A stretch of DNA of 11,615 nt from Acaryochloris thomasi RCC1774 (GTDB taxonomy: Bacteria > Cyanobacteriota > Cyanobacteriia > Thermosynechococcales > Thermosynechococcaceae): positions 1-11,615 of the forward strand of contig NZ_PQWO01000048.1 of NCBI RefSeq assembly GCF_003231495.1, written 5' to 3'. The translations under genes and the position numbers were made by a program. The stretch's first letter is position 1. The number at the start of each line of letters is the position of its first letter. The notes below the pieces were generated by a model. It saw nothing but the letters and a program-made list of their open reading frames with translations. It had not been told where the DNA came from and did not search any database. Shown one piece after another: positions 11,547-11,615 of the stretch.

Positions 11547-11615
11547 ATAAAATCGCTAATGCCTGATAGGGTAGGGAAGAAGGTTATTCCGTTCCTTACT
11601 GGTAGGACATCTGAT

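Noticed and set aside
11601-11615. GGTAGGACATCTGAT at the right edge, resembling an IS1-type terminus (GGTA...TGAT)
   Set aside because: Only 8 of 15 positions match the reverse complement of the IS1-family end inferred at 86-100, and no transposase sequence is available to the right. Insufficient.
1-11615. CRISPR arrays, tRNA, rRNA, group II intron or retron-like elements
   Set aside because: No regularly spaced direct repeats, no cloverleaf-like or rRNA-like segments and no reverse-transcriptase motifs were seen in any frame. A scripted scan (tRNAscan-SE, Infernal, minCED) would be needed to exclude them formally.

Overview
Cyanobacterial-type DNA: five perfect HIP1 octamers (GCGATCGC), all within 543-3503. 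Contents, left to right. (i) The right end of an IS1-family element abuts a beheaded umuC. (ii) On the minus strand, an AT-rich two-gene module (298-aa unknown protein + DUF2513 winged-helix protein) joins two GC-normal small genes through a TGAtATG junction. Those two genes encode a 4-Cys miniprotein and a 150-aa protein with an Arg/Ser/His-rich N-terminus. (iii) Three small nucleic-acid-binding protein genes in a row (HU, RRM-type Rbp, cyAbrB), then an SRPBCC gene. (iv) A compositional patchwork from about 4490 to 6650. AT-rich DNA begins inside the SRPBCC gene and carries two unknown predicted membrane proteins (242 aa, 189 aa), separated by a GC-normal GNAT acetyltransferase relic. (v) A mobile-element pile-up. 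A Tn3-family terminal repeat is inserted into a small membrane-protein gene. The Tn3-family tnpA is cut to its C-terminal half by an apparently intact IS3-family element (perfect 25-bp IRs, A AAA AAG frameshift site, no target duplication). (vi) A RelE/ParE-type toxin, its antidote and an extra HigA-type HTH gene in series. (vii) A mirror-frame ORF pair that may be a decayed DDE transposase. I saw no rRNA, tRNA or CRISPR array. The best candidates for undescribed biology are the two AT-rich two-gene modules (729-2016 and 4864-6422). I cannot assign either a function from sequence, and every functional idea about them here is a hypothesis.
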